NCBI RefSeq assembly: GCF_018977255.1
Contig: NW_024704743.1
Location: forward strand, 43,774,001 to 43,838,000
Direction: 5' to 3'
DNA length: 64,000 nt
Origin: Callorhinchus milii
Lineage: Eukaryota
The position numbers and the translations under genes were made by a program. This document shows positions 1-10,684 of the stretch, piece after piece. The notes under the pieces are model-generated. The model was not told the DNA's origin. It saw only the letters and a list, made by a program, of their open reading frames with translations, and did not search any database. The stretch's first letter is position 1, and the number at the start of each line of letters is the position of its first letter.

Positions 1-388
1 CTTTCAAGGCCATCCATGGCCTTGCCCCCTCCTACCTCTCTGACCCGCTGACTCCCTACCAACCTGTCCGTTCCCTCCATTCAGCGGGCTCCGGCCTGCT
101 CCATGTCTTCCACCCGACCCGCCCTACCATCGGAGGCCGGGCTTTCAGCCTCTCTGCCCCCACAATCTGCAACTCCATCCCACAGTCCTTACTTCCTCCC
201 TTGCCTCCTTCAAAGCCGGTCTCAAGACCCTCCTCTTCGATCGTGCCTTCGGTCGCCATCCCACCTCTCTGCCTTCCCTCACCCCTACCCCGCCCCCATG
301 CTCGGCTCCTGATCCCTGACTGTCCAGTGCCTTGGGACATCCTCCCGATGTGAAAGGCGCTCTATAAATGTAATTTTGTTGTTGTTGT
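1..388 (+). mobile_element. L2 LINE 3' end (ORF2 C-terminus, 3' UTR, (GTT)n tail); runs off window start
   Basis: Encodes [24 protein letters not shown], then a C-rich UTR, the stem-loop ccttgggacatcctcccgatgtgaaaggcgct and a ttgttgttgttg tail. Confidence 0.93.
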
Positions 389-427
389 AGGGTTTCCAAT
401 CAAATCATATTTGTCAAATCAACTGTG

Positions 428-770
428 AGTATGGCACATTTAACAGCTAGTACTTTTGACTCTGGGTCAAAAGATTGCAGCTTCAAACTCCACATCGGGA
501 CTTTGAGCTCACAGTCTAGGATGACATACCAATGTATTATCAGAGTCCTATCATTCCGATTAAACAAACTAAGGACACATCTACCTAGTCAAATGGACTT
601 TAAAAAGACAAAGGAATTTCTCTGCGTGTCATGACAAACAATTCTCTATTTAAAATTGGTCATTCATTTAAATATTTTTGTTTGTGGAAGACTGCAATGG
701 TTGATGTTTGACAACAAATACACTGTTCAGGCATTTCAACGTGACATCAAATGCAAGGATTATTTTATTA
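428..770 (+). mobile_element. Degenerate Deu-domain tRNA-SINE (SacSINE1-like)
   Basis: Head tctgggtcaaaagattgcagcttcaaactccac and tail atcaaatgcaaggattatt; aligns by eye to the better copy at 59589. Confidence 0.7.
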
Positions 771-1119
771 TTCTGAACATCAAATCTTCAAATAAAGGAG
801 CAGATCAGCAGTCACCAATGGCAATTGGTCCCACAATCATTTCTGCTTCACAGCCCATTTCAGCAGCAATTCTCCACCTCCACAAGATACTGGATTATAA
901 TGAAGCAGTTTATATGCATAACAATCAAGATTAACATAAAACCTGCCTGCAGGAAAGACGTTTTATTTGATCTGCTGTTTATTCTATTTCTTTTCAACAA
1001 ACTGCTCATTCGCATTCTGTGCCCCCTGCAGCCTTCCACAGTTATGTGTGATCTGGGAGAATAACGAGAGTCAGGGACACAGATTTCTCCATGATTGCCA
1101 TTATCAATATATCAATATC

Positions 1120-1210
1120 AGTATGTTCTGTGAAGTGCTTTGAGGCATCTAGAACACGTAGAAAACACTATATCAAATGCTAGGATTATTATTACTATTA
1201 TTATTATTAT
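1120..1210 (+). mobile_element. SINE 3' tail fragment
   Basis: ttctgtgaagtgctttgag...ctatatcaaatgctagg(att)n. Confidence 0.8.
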
Positions 1211-1344
1211 CAGAAATCTGATGCTGAGAAGAAAGAGGCTGTCTCTGAGTGAGGGAGCAGGAAACTAAATTGGCTGCCTGTAAGACAACCAGAGAAAGAT
1301 TGATGAATTCTGACATGTGATTGGGAATAGTGTATCCATCTGCT

Positions 1345-1520
1345 CAGATACAGGAACTCAGAGCTCAATTGAGCACTTGGTCACTAGGTTCAGGCCGGGT
1401 TTGCCCTGCCAGAAAGGCCATCCTGTCACCTGAATTGCTTAGGTGGTCATGAAGAACTAGTTCAGGTCTGCATTGGCTTTTGACAATTTGGGGCTCAGAA
1501 GAGTTTGTGGAGGTCTAACA
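1345..1520 (+). repeat. Unclassified repeat, inverted partner of 2758-2925
   Basis: ggtcactaggttcaggccgggtttgccctgccagaaaggccatcctgtcacctga matches the reverse complement of ~2840-2895. Confidence 0.75.
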
Positions 1521-1613
1521 ATATATTCTATCTACAAATAAATATATATTTTGTTTAAAAATAATGAATTGTTTTAGTCTAATGTATTTAATATTTAAGC
1601 CAACAGTGGGATT

Positions 1614-2170
1614 CAATAACAACAAGATTACATTTGTATAGCGCCTTTCATGACGGGAGAACGTCCCAAGGCGCTGGACAGTGTACAACATTTCAGACCC
1701 GAGCTGGGGTCAGGGGGGAGAAGGGAAGGGAATGGAAGGGTGAGTGACCAATGGCATGGTCAAAGAGGAGGGTTTTGAGGTAGGACTTGAAGAAAGCTAG
1801 GGAGGGGGTGAGGCGGAGTGATTGGGGGATGCAATTCCAGAGGTTGGGGGCAGAGTGGCTGAAGGCTTTCCTGCCTTCCTGGTGGGGCGAGTGGGTCAGG
1901 GAATGTGGAGTAGGGCAGAGCCAGCTGAGCGGAGGGAGCTGGCGGGTTAATAGGGGGTTAGGAGGTCGCAGAGGTAGGGTGGGGCGAGGCCGGAGGGCTT
2001 TGTAGGTGAGGACCAGGATCTTGAACTGGATCCTCTGAAGGTTAGGGAGCCAATGGAGTCAGGAGAAAATGGGGGGATGGGGGGATGGTGCGAGAGAGGA
2101 CACGGGCTGCAGAGTTTTGGATTATCTGCAGCCTGTGGAGGGAGGAGTTGGGAAGGCCGGCAAGCAGGGC
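1614..2170 (-). mobile_element. L2 LINE 3' fragment
   Basis: caataacaacaag tail, stem-loop agcgcctttcatgacgggagaacgtcccaaggcgct, degenerate ORF2 C-terminus ([12 protein letters not shown]). Confidence 0.92.
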
Positions 2171-2212
2171 AACCAATTTAAGCAGGTACCAGCAGACATT
2201 TGCCATTTTTTC

Positions 2213-2377
2213 TGGTCTTAGTCTTAAAATTCAAGATTGTACAGACTTTTATAAAATTCTTAAATTCATTCTTAATTTGGAAGGTTGTTTCAAGAACAGG
2301 CTGTCAAACTAAAAACAAATTTAGAATTTTTCCAAATTCTGCATGATGTGAAAAGAATAGTCTTAAGACTGAGACTA
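2213..2377. mobile_element. AT-rich palindromic MITE
   Basis: Termini tggtcttagtcttaa / ttaagactgagacta (13/15 inverted match); interior resembles 54490-54717. Confidence 0.65.
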
Positions 2378-2757
2378 CGTCAGGGTCTCTGGAGCTAATG
2401 AAATACAGTGTATAAAGAGTTCCAACAAGAGTTGACTAACTTCATGTTATTCCACTTATCTTAGATTCTGTTCTTCCATAAAAATAAAATATTTATTTTG
2501 CTGCTTCTCGTTTCCAGGATCAAACTCCTGCCAGCAACAGAAGAGTTTATAACTGTTGTGCTATGTGGTGCATGCTTGTTGAGCTTTTTGAAAAGAGAAA
2601 GCTGGAAGTTGGTGTATACTGACAGTTACACTGCTGTAGTGTCCCGGGGAAAGAGCTTTGCCTCAGTTTTTTGTTTTGATTTTGTAAGCAGGATTAGGCC
2701 CCACTAGGCCTCCACTAAGCCAAATTAGACATCACATTCTTCAAACGGGAACCAAAG

Positions 2758-2925
2758 TTGTCCCCCAGACAATCTAGGTCCCAAATCATCAAAGGATAAT
2801 GCAGACCAGATTGCTTTCCTCATGAACATCTGGGCAAGTCAGGTGACTGGATGACCTATCTGGCAGGGCAAGCCTGGCCTGAGAATAGTGACCTATTGCT
2901 CAAGTTAGTAGTTCTGTATTCTAAT
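2758..2925 (-). repeat. Unclassified repeat, inverted partner of 1345-1520
   Basis: Reverse complement aligns by eye over ~160 bp with 1345-1520. Confidence 0.75.
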
Positions 2926-2961
2926 TTCTCTGATCGGGAGCCACTGTAAACCCCATCCCAG

Positions 2962-4021
2962 TGTGAGGTGGTGTAAGATGGGGTTAGTGTAGCAAGGGGT
3001 GGATGAAGGATGGAGAATGAGGGAGGTTGGGAACTACTGACTGATACTGTAAGGAGAGGAAAGGTTGTAAACTAAAGGTTGTAAAGAAGAATTTAAATAA
3101 AAAAAACACTATTGATCATGAGGTGAATCTGGATTCACAATGATGGGTTCCAGATGCTGTCAACTGAGGGATAGATACTCTTCTTGAAACTTGTTATGTT
3201 TGGGCATTATTGGGCCTTATCAATTGGGCAAATGGGCCATGTTTTCGACAGGGGTAGAAGAGGCTTATGTTTGTACCAGGTTGGTGCCTCAATGTCTAGT
3301 ATACCATAAGATAAAGAGGATTTTACAACTTCAAGGTGTCAAAGAAGGGAAGATTAAGTGTCACGATGAACCTTTCTCACTTGGTACCAAGGGTCTCCCA
3401 GGGGTGAGGATGAACCAGCTTGGGAACATGCTTGGTTAATCAAAAATGGAATTATGATTGCATAAAATAACCTTTCAATTCCATTTTTGGTTATAAGAGT
3501 CACATAGACTAAATTGGGGGATAAAGAAGGGAAGTTTAGCTAAATTCGGGGAAGAGAGTAAGAGTCAGAGATGGATCTACCACCACTAATCCCACTAACG
3601 TCACTCAGATTCTAAACTCTTCCTGGAAGAGATAAATATTGATCAAATTATCTCTTCTGTGTTTCACAAGCGGTCTTTGCTTATCGAGGCTCAATAGGTT
3701 TAAGAGTATAAGATTGCATGATTTATTAAAATCTGGTTAACTCAATATTGTTAAAGTAGTTTTAAAGTATTGCCTATGTGCTAGAGGTTTTTGTTTCTGC
3801 ATCGCTGTGCCGCATTTGGGAAAGTTGTTGTTTACTGGCACTTGTTATTAATAAATCAGAATAATTTAAGAGAAATAAAGTGTTTTGGGTAGCTTGTGAG
3901 ATCGCTCTGACTGGGCTCGCATCTTAGAAAAAAATGAGAAGTGAAGGATCGGTCCTTTCAGAGCGCACCTGAAAGGAGTGTGTTATTCACACATTAAAAA
4001 AGAGATAAGAATACCATGACA
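2962..4021 (+). mobile_element. Candidate solo LTR (5' boundary uncertain: 2962, 3192 or 3359)
   Basis: Ends CATGACA at 4021; TGT starts at 2962 (flanked by CCAG, repeated at 4022-4025), 3192 (TGTTATG) and 3359 (TGTCACG); AATAAA at ~3850 and ~3874; several internal hairpins. Confidence 0.45.
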
Positions 4022-4149
4022 CCAGCCAACAGTGGACCAAAGGTATAGCTCTACTGACAGAAGCTCATCATATCATAATGCATTATGGGGAGCCTCAGAT
4101 ACAGTACTGAACTTCAGAAGAAGAACTGCAGGAGCATTGCCCATGAAGC

Positions 4150-4200
4150 AATTGATAAGAACAGATTCTACACTTGATCTTAGCCAAAAGGCCAAGAAGC
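4150..4200 (-). pseudogene. RNU2: U2 snRNA 5' fragment (nt 4-54), truncated pseudogene
   Basis: Reverse complement gcttcttggccttttggctaagatcaagtgtagaatctgttcttatcaatt matches vertebrate U2 nt 4-54 at 48/51 positions. Confidence 0.93.
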
Positions 4201-4299
4201 TTTCCCTCAGTTACACTGCCTACAGTATCACTGGCTCATGCATTGTGGCTAGCTAACTGGAAAGGATATACAATCTGAATTTACAACAGAACAAAACAC

Positions 4300-4672
4300 A
4301 ACAACTTGCATATCAGTCACATACCACCAGAATACTGGTGTTGGCACAGTTAACCTTGTAACTCTGCTGTGACTGTAATTGTGGATGAACGTAGCAGCCA
4401 AATTGTACACAGCAATGTCCCACAAACAGCGTTGAAGTGAATAACCAATTTTATCTGGAGGATTGTTGGCCAGGACACCTGGAGAAACTCCTTTTTCATA
4501 GTTCCATGAGATTCTGAAGGTCATTTAGACAGATGAGAACTCGCTTTAATGTCTTATATAAAGTGTAAGACCTCCGACAATGCAATTCTCCTCCAGCATC
4601 AGTTTACAATGTGAGCACAAAGTCCAGACAAATGTCTTGGATCCACAACCTTCTGATTCAGCCAAGCTGACA
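4300..4672 (-). mobile_element. Deu-domain SINE (SacSINE1-like)
   Basis: gcagccaaattgtacacagcaatgtcccacaaacag, ttggccaggacacc, head cacaaccttctgattca. Confidence 0.8.
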
Positions 4673-5439
4673 GATCCTTCACTGTTAGAGTCCAGATAAA
4701 TGCAGACAAAACTTTTACCATGAGAGTCACCGACAAAACAGAGCTCACTATTAGATATTTTGAAGCTTTAAACTTTTTATTTTAATTGTTCACTGCCAAT
4801 GGTTTTGCTTCCCAGAGTTGCATTCTCATCAGAGTTTATCTTGCACACTTCATGGCAAACAATGACAGATCAAGGAAAAAAGAAAGGTAGAAACAAAAGT
4901 CTCAAAGTGATTTTCAAAAAATAGTTGCATCTAGGCAGTTTGTTTCCAAGGCAGAAGTTCCCATTGAGCCCAATTATGACCACCCATGTCCTTATTTCCA
5001 ATATGTGTGGGTCTGTGTTCCAACCCTGGAAAAATTAGTCACATGCCAGGCAGAATTCCATCTGACTGTTATATGTATTAGAGTTCCCTAGTGTTCAATG
5101 CAATCTGTCCAATTCTGAAAACAAGCTCCTACTTTGTATAATTGAAAGTGGTTTCACATTTCTTGGTGTATTCCAGCCTACAGGTTAAATTATAGATTAA
5201 GCAGTGCAGGCAGATACATATAATGAAGTCTCAGTAAGGTATCCATTTGAAGGTGTGATTAATTGGCAAAGTTGTGTATATTCTTTGAATGTGAGCCAGG
5301 TTCGACTCACGTGGGATAAAGGATTCGATCAGTACCAAACTATCCAATTCTGTAAAAATCTGTTTGGCTTGATATTAGAATGATGTTTCCAATCTGGAAG
5401 AGCTGGGTTCAGCAATCTTCTACAATCCAAGATATTTTA

Positions 5440-5570
5440 TGTCACTGGGCTCATTTAAAAAGCTGTTTGATGCTCCGATGGGAGGATGGTAATGTGGTAT
5501 TCTGGAGGGATGAGATTAGATGGGCCAAAGGGCCTTCTTCATCCAAACCAATCTTGTGATCTTATGATTC
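5440..5570 (+). mobile_element. CR1 LINE 3' end
   Basis: tagatgggccaaagggccttcttcatccaaaccaatcttgtgatcttatg; same subfamily as 31040-31300. Confidence 0.75.
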
Positions 5571-6692
5571 AGCTATACCAATGGAGTAAATCCTTTAATA
5601 GTGGGAGCAGAACCATTGGATGTGTTCATCAGTTTCCTTTTCTTTTGCATACCAAAAAGTGGTTGCAATTAGAAATAATTAGATGGCTCACAAAACTATC
5701 CTCTTGTGTTTGCTGGCAATGCATGAAAGATTTGGAAAGCTGGTACAAGTCTGTCATAGTTTGTTACCTATTCTACAACCTCTGATTCAGCAAATAATGG
5801 TTAACACTTTATTGTAATATATCTATGGAAGTGGCACAGTCTCATCTAATAATAGGGCTTGCAGCCAGTCCACTTTCACCTATGGTATACTTGTGGGAGA
5901 AATTCCACCTGGGTCCAGATTTATTCTATTTTAATAGTATTTCAAAGAGTCCAGAATTTGGCAAATTGCTGAATTCAATCTTAAATTTGAACCTGGTTTC
6001 TATGGTTAACACTGTATTTCAGAATCTACCAAATTCTCAACACCAAAATGCTTAGAAAACGGCATAAATCTAGAGAGGGTATATAATAATTATAATTTCT
6101 TTTGGATTGAGATTTGGAAAACTGAGATTATAGGCTATCTAGACCTTGGGCCTATATCTGCCTCCAGTGACTCAGTACACTTGTCTTTCAGATGGAGAGT
6201 TAATTGTTTCGAAGAGGCTGGTCCAAAGGTCTAACAAATAAGGCAGAGTCCTCGTAAATAAAAAATGTACTGTCTGTTGACACAGAACTATACTGTAATT
6301 TTCAGATGACCAGTTCATTCTATGTAAAATTAACTAAAAGTCTGAAATTCTACTTAGTCTTAGCCTGTAAGCCTATTTTGTCAGTTTTACATATGAAACA
6401 GTATTGGGAAAAAAATCTTAATTTGCGCTTTGTTTGTCTGCAATTCTTCAAAATAACTAACTTCAAAATTACACTACCACCAACAACAATAATTTACATT
6501 TATATAGTGTCCTTCACCCAGGTAGCATCTCAGAGCACAATTACAATTGAATGCAAGGATTTTCCAAAATTTACTCATTTTTAAACTAAAAAGTATTGTA
6601 GGCCAAGACTGTGTAATTTTTGGCAGTGCTAAAAATAAGCATAAAAAACTGTTTATGCTACATTATGCTGAAAGTTAAACAACATCACATTA

Positions 6693-6880
6693 GGATCGGA
6701 AATTCTGCAAAGCTGAATAGGTCTAATTCAAGAGTGTTAAATTTTATGCCCGAATGAGAGATAATGAACAGACAAATTTAATGAAGGATTTTTGACACTA
6801 GTAATGTATCTTAATGAGCCAATTAAACCTCTAAATAGGTCAAGCACGGGGACGAGATGTGGAGTGCAGAATTTTGAAGC
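6693..6880. mobile_element. Degenerate MITE-like element
   Basis: 10-bp perfect inverted termini aaattctgca / tgcagaattt. Confidence 0.4.
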
Positions 6881-7084
6881 AACCGGAGGTACATCAGTCA
6901 AATAGCTAATTTTCCCCAGAATTTGAAAGAACTGCTCAATGGTTCATGGTGGCTGTCTGCACTGACTGCTGTTCTGGGGGTGACTGCTGTGAGTCAGTCT
7001 CTCACCAGAAATTTGAATGCATTCTGCTGTAATGGCATTTAGCAAAGCTTTAATCTAATAAGGTTTGTATTTTTGAACACAGGT

Positions 7085-7466
7085 ACAGGAGAACTCTGCC
7101 ATGTTACCCTTCAGTATAAAGCTGCCCCACTGCCTTGCTCTGTGGTGAACCCCCTAACCAGAAGCGCAGTACCCCGGCTTCTAACACTGACTAGCCCACT
7201 TCCCATGCTTAAAAATAAAGGCCAACTTCTGGGTCATCAGGTTGCCTACGCACTGGAAATGCTTGTTATATGGAGCAAACACAAAGCAAATGATGTCGGT
7301 AGTACTTTCTGCACATGTGCAGTATGCAGAACATGATGTCAGCAGCAACCTGACAATCCAGAAGACAGCCATTTTTTCACTCCTTGTTTATACTGCGGGG
7401 ACTGAAACATTGAACCCAGCCGACTGCACTATATCAGAGTGTCTCCGTGTATGACAGAATTTGAAG
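7085..7466. mobile_element. Tigger/pogo-like non-autonomous DNA element with internal palindrome
   Basis: TA-CAG start; arms aaaggccaacttctgggtcatcaggttgc / gcaacctgacaatccagaagacagccatttt around the perfect palindrome ctgcacatgtgcag (7309-7322). Confidence 0.55.
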
Positions 7467-7605
7467 GGGAGAAACTTAAGGAAAAGCACTAAACCTTTTG
7501 TTTGTTTCGCCATCCGATATTCACCACTCTTTACATGAATGCAATACCGCATTTATGAAATTGAAAAATGCCTGTAAATATTTTCCATGAATACCTGATA
7601 GTTTG

Positions 7606-7786
7606 GGACGTCAGGAGGACGTCCCAAAGCACTTCACAGAACACACTGTAAAGTGAATTGACTGTATATTTGTGGATGAATGCGGCAGGTAATTGCACAC
7701 AGCCATGTCCCACAAACAGTCGTAGATTGAAAATGACCAATTTATTACTGTTTTGGGTTTTGGAGGGATTATTATTAGGCGTGTGG
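7606..7786 (-). mobile_element. SINE2-1_CM-like SINE, 3' half
   Basis: Near-identical to the reverse complement of 13345-13520. Confidence 0.88.
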
Positions 7787-7839
7787 GCTTCTCTCATAAC
7801 TGAATTTCTCCCCACCTGCTTCATCTCTTAGGGGAATAC

Positions 7840-8232
7840 AAATAATAAGCCTTGCATTTTATATCAAACACTTATGTCTCAAAGCGCTTCATGGGAATTG
7901 CTGTAAAATACAGTCAATGCATATTTTGGAAGTGGACACAGCAGACGATTTGCACACAACAATGTCCCAAAACAGCCATGAAGTGAATGGCCAATTTAAT
8001 CTAGGGTATTGTTGGCCAGGACACGGGGAGAAACTCCCTTCACTTTTTGAATTATACCATAGGAATTAAAGGCAACCAGAACAGGCTTTGTTTAACATGT
8101 TATCCAAAGGATAGCACCTCCAACAGTGTATTGGAGTCCCAGGCTGAACTGAGTTCAAAAATCCAACACGGGGCTTGAACTCACAGCCTTCTGACTCAGA
8201 GTCTAGAGAGCTACCAACTAAGCCAGGCTGAT
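7840..8232 (-). mobile_element. Deu-domain SINE (SacSINE1-like), near full length
   Basis: Tail ccttgcatttt, ttggccaggacac, head ccttctgactcagag...ctaccaactaagccaggctga. Confidence 0.83.
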
Positions 8233-8394
8233 CCCCACCACATTGCCTGAGCCCCAAAGGTGACCAAGCAAAAGTTATTGAATATTTTTTCTCTATCTCC
8301 TCTACTCAGCCCTGACTTCTTTCTCTCCACTCGTGGAGTTTCCTCCAACCCCCACATTCACCCACAAAACACACAATCACTACATGTTACAATA

Positions 8395-8475
8395 TAGCCT
8401 GTGAACCACTTTGAGATGTTCTCCCAACATGAAAGACGCTATATCAAATACAAGGATTATTATATTATTATTACT
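8395..8475 (+). mobile_element. SINE 3' tail fragment
   Basis: gtgaaccactttgagatg...cgctatatcaaatacaagg(att)n. Confidence 0.75.
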
Positions 8476-8789
8476 AACACCCAGCAGCCCAGAAAAGTAA
8501 AGTATTCACCATCTGCACTTACAACCAGCAACTTGAAGTTGTTCGTAGCAACTCCTGAAAATCATCAGATGTGTGTCACAATGACGTAAAGAAATTATGC
8601 TCTTGTACAATTGTGTGACAATCTTCTAGTTACTGGAAGGTGTTGTTATTTACAAATCCAGAGTGAAAAAAAATTTTTTTTTAGTCTAATTGTGCCCAAG
8701 TATGTCTTCATTTAAGTCTGCCTCTTCCTATATTTCTTCAGTATCTTAGTAAGCTTAAGCTTCTGTGTAATAGCAGTCTGCAGTTTGTT

Positions 8790-8925
8790 TTGAAGACTCC
8801 TACCATTAATAACTTGTCAAAGCAGTCAAAAAAAATTGTTGGTGCTTTTAAATATTTCGGTTCAATTGTGAATGCTGATGATATGAGGTTAAACATACGC
8901 TCATCAGGAAAATCACAGCCTGACT
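8790..8925 (+). mobile_element. Highly degenerate non-LTR RT fragment (RTE-like)
   Basis: Translation IVGAFKYFGSIVNADD resembles the V..FKYLGS.I..D motif at the RT C-terminus. Confidence 0.4.
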
Positions 8926-9011
8926 GGCGTCCAACACTTCATGTCAATCCCAGCTCCGATTCCAGATTGACTCAGACTAGAGTTCTCACGGTTTGGCATG
9001 ACTTACATGGT

Positions 9012-9379
9012 GGAGTCCTGTAGTTTAGTGATTAGAGCAGTTGCCTCACAAGTGAGAGGACCTGGGTTCAATTCCCGGCAGGGTGAAAGGTTGGGTAAGT
9101 TTCCCTACCCCACATGCCTCTGTTTACCTAGCAGTAAGTAGGAACCCAGTTGTTAGTTGATTGGCAGATCACTTTTCCGGGGGTAATAATTCCTTCAAAG
9201 TAAATAAAAATAATTTGGTCACTCAATCCACAATTGTTGTGGGACACTGCTGTGCGCAATTGGCTGCCACGTTTCACCCACAAAATATACAGTCAATTCA
9301 CTTTACACTATATTCTGTGAAGACATTTTTGAAGATGTGATAAGGCGTTATATCAAATGCAAGGATTATTATTATTATT
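9012..9379 (+). mobile_element. tRNA-Ala-derived SINE (SINE2-1_CM-like), long form, full length
   Basis: A box tagtttagtgattaga, B box ggttcaattcc, central cctctgtttacctagcagtaagtagg, Deu-like 3' part, (att)n tail. Confidence 0.92.
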
Positions 9380-9572
9380 ACATATAATGCAGGCAATGTG
9401 CTTTAGTCGTAAGACACCTTTTCCAGAATAGAGGAACCATTTACCTTGTGATTTTCCAAATAAGTGTGTCCTTTAACCCAAAGTGCCAGGAATTTAGGCT
9501 GGGAGGATGTGTACAAGAAATACTCAAGTCAATATTTTAATCTGAATGTTGAAATCCATTATATCTTGCATT

Positions 9573-9790
9573 CAACAACAGCTTGCATTTATATAGCGCC
9601 CTCATGCAGGGTAGCATCCCAGAGCGCTTAACAGTGACAGAGCATGATGCTGAGCCGGTGGTGGGGGAAGGTGACTGCAGGCATGGTTGAAGAGGAACGT
9701 CTTGATGCCACAACCTGAAGATGGGGAAGGAGGGGGTAAGGCAGAGGGATAGAGGAAGAGTGTTCCTGAGTTTTGGGGCATTTGCACTCC
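9573..9790 (-). mobile_element. L2 LINE 3' end
   Basis: caacaacagcttgcatttatatagcgccctcatgcagggtagcatcccagagcgct. Confidence 0.87.
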
Positions 9791-10285
9791 TACAGTACAA
9801 GGGTTAAAAAGAAAACGGTTTTGTGAGGATGAATTTTCTCTCAAGGACAGAAGCTTGTGGAGATTTTTTCATCAGTTACCAGTTTGAAATGGCAAGTGTG
9901 CAACTTGGAGAAAGCATGGTGATTTTCAATCCTTGAGACTCATTTCTTGACAGCAATTCACAATCCTGGTCAGTAATCTCAAAAAACCTGGTGAATGTTT
10001 CGGGAGTTTACAGAATTAACATTGATTTGAGTTAAATCACTGATCTGTTGCAAGATTAAAAAAACATTCAAAAAAACTTTTCAGGAGGCTTTACCGCTTC
10101 AAAATTCCACATCGTCTTACTCTTTGATACCATTTAATGTTTAAATCTTACAGAATTGCTTTTAAAGCCAGTTCTTTATAAGAACTTTAAAAAAAATTAC
10201 CAATTAAAACTGAATTTAAGAATTTTCCACAAAAAAGACTATTAGATGGTGATTCGGAATGGGTGCCCTCGTTGATTTATCAATG

Positions 10286-10682
10286 ATGATATTCCTTACA
10301 TTTGATATATTACTTTTCAAGTTAGGATGACGTTTCAAAGCAATTCACAGGATATTCTGTAAGGTGTAGTAACTGTGTATTTTGAAAGCAAATACAGCAG
10401 ACAATTTGTGCATATTGTCAGAGGTACTGTCCTTCTGATCAAATGAAAAACCAAGGTCCCATCTGCCTTTTCATTGGGAGGTTAAAGATCCTATGGCACT
10501 ATTCAAAAAGAGAATGGAGCTTCTCCCAGTGTCCTGCCCAACAATCCCCCAAATAAAATTGGTCACTCATCCCAAGTCCCATGGTAATTTATGGGACATT
10601 GCTGTGGATAAATTGTCTGCCACATTTGCTAACGTGAAAGACATTATATCAAATGCAAGAATTATTAATTATTATTATTAAT
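10286..10682. mobile_element. Two abutting Deu-SINE fragments in opposite orientation (- 10286-10415, + 10416-10682)
   Basis: ccttacatttgatat tail on -; taaagatcctatggcactatt...gtgtcctgcc...atcaaatgcaag(att)n on +. Confidence 0.75.
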
Positions 10683-10684
10683 AC

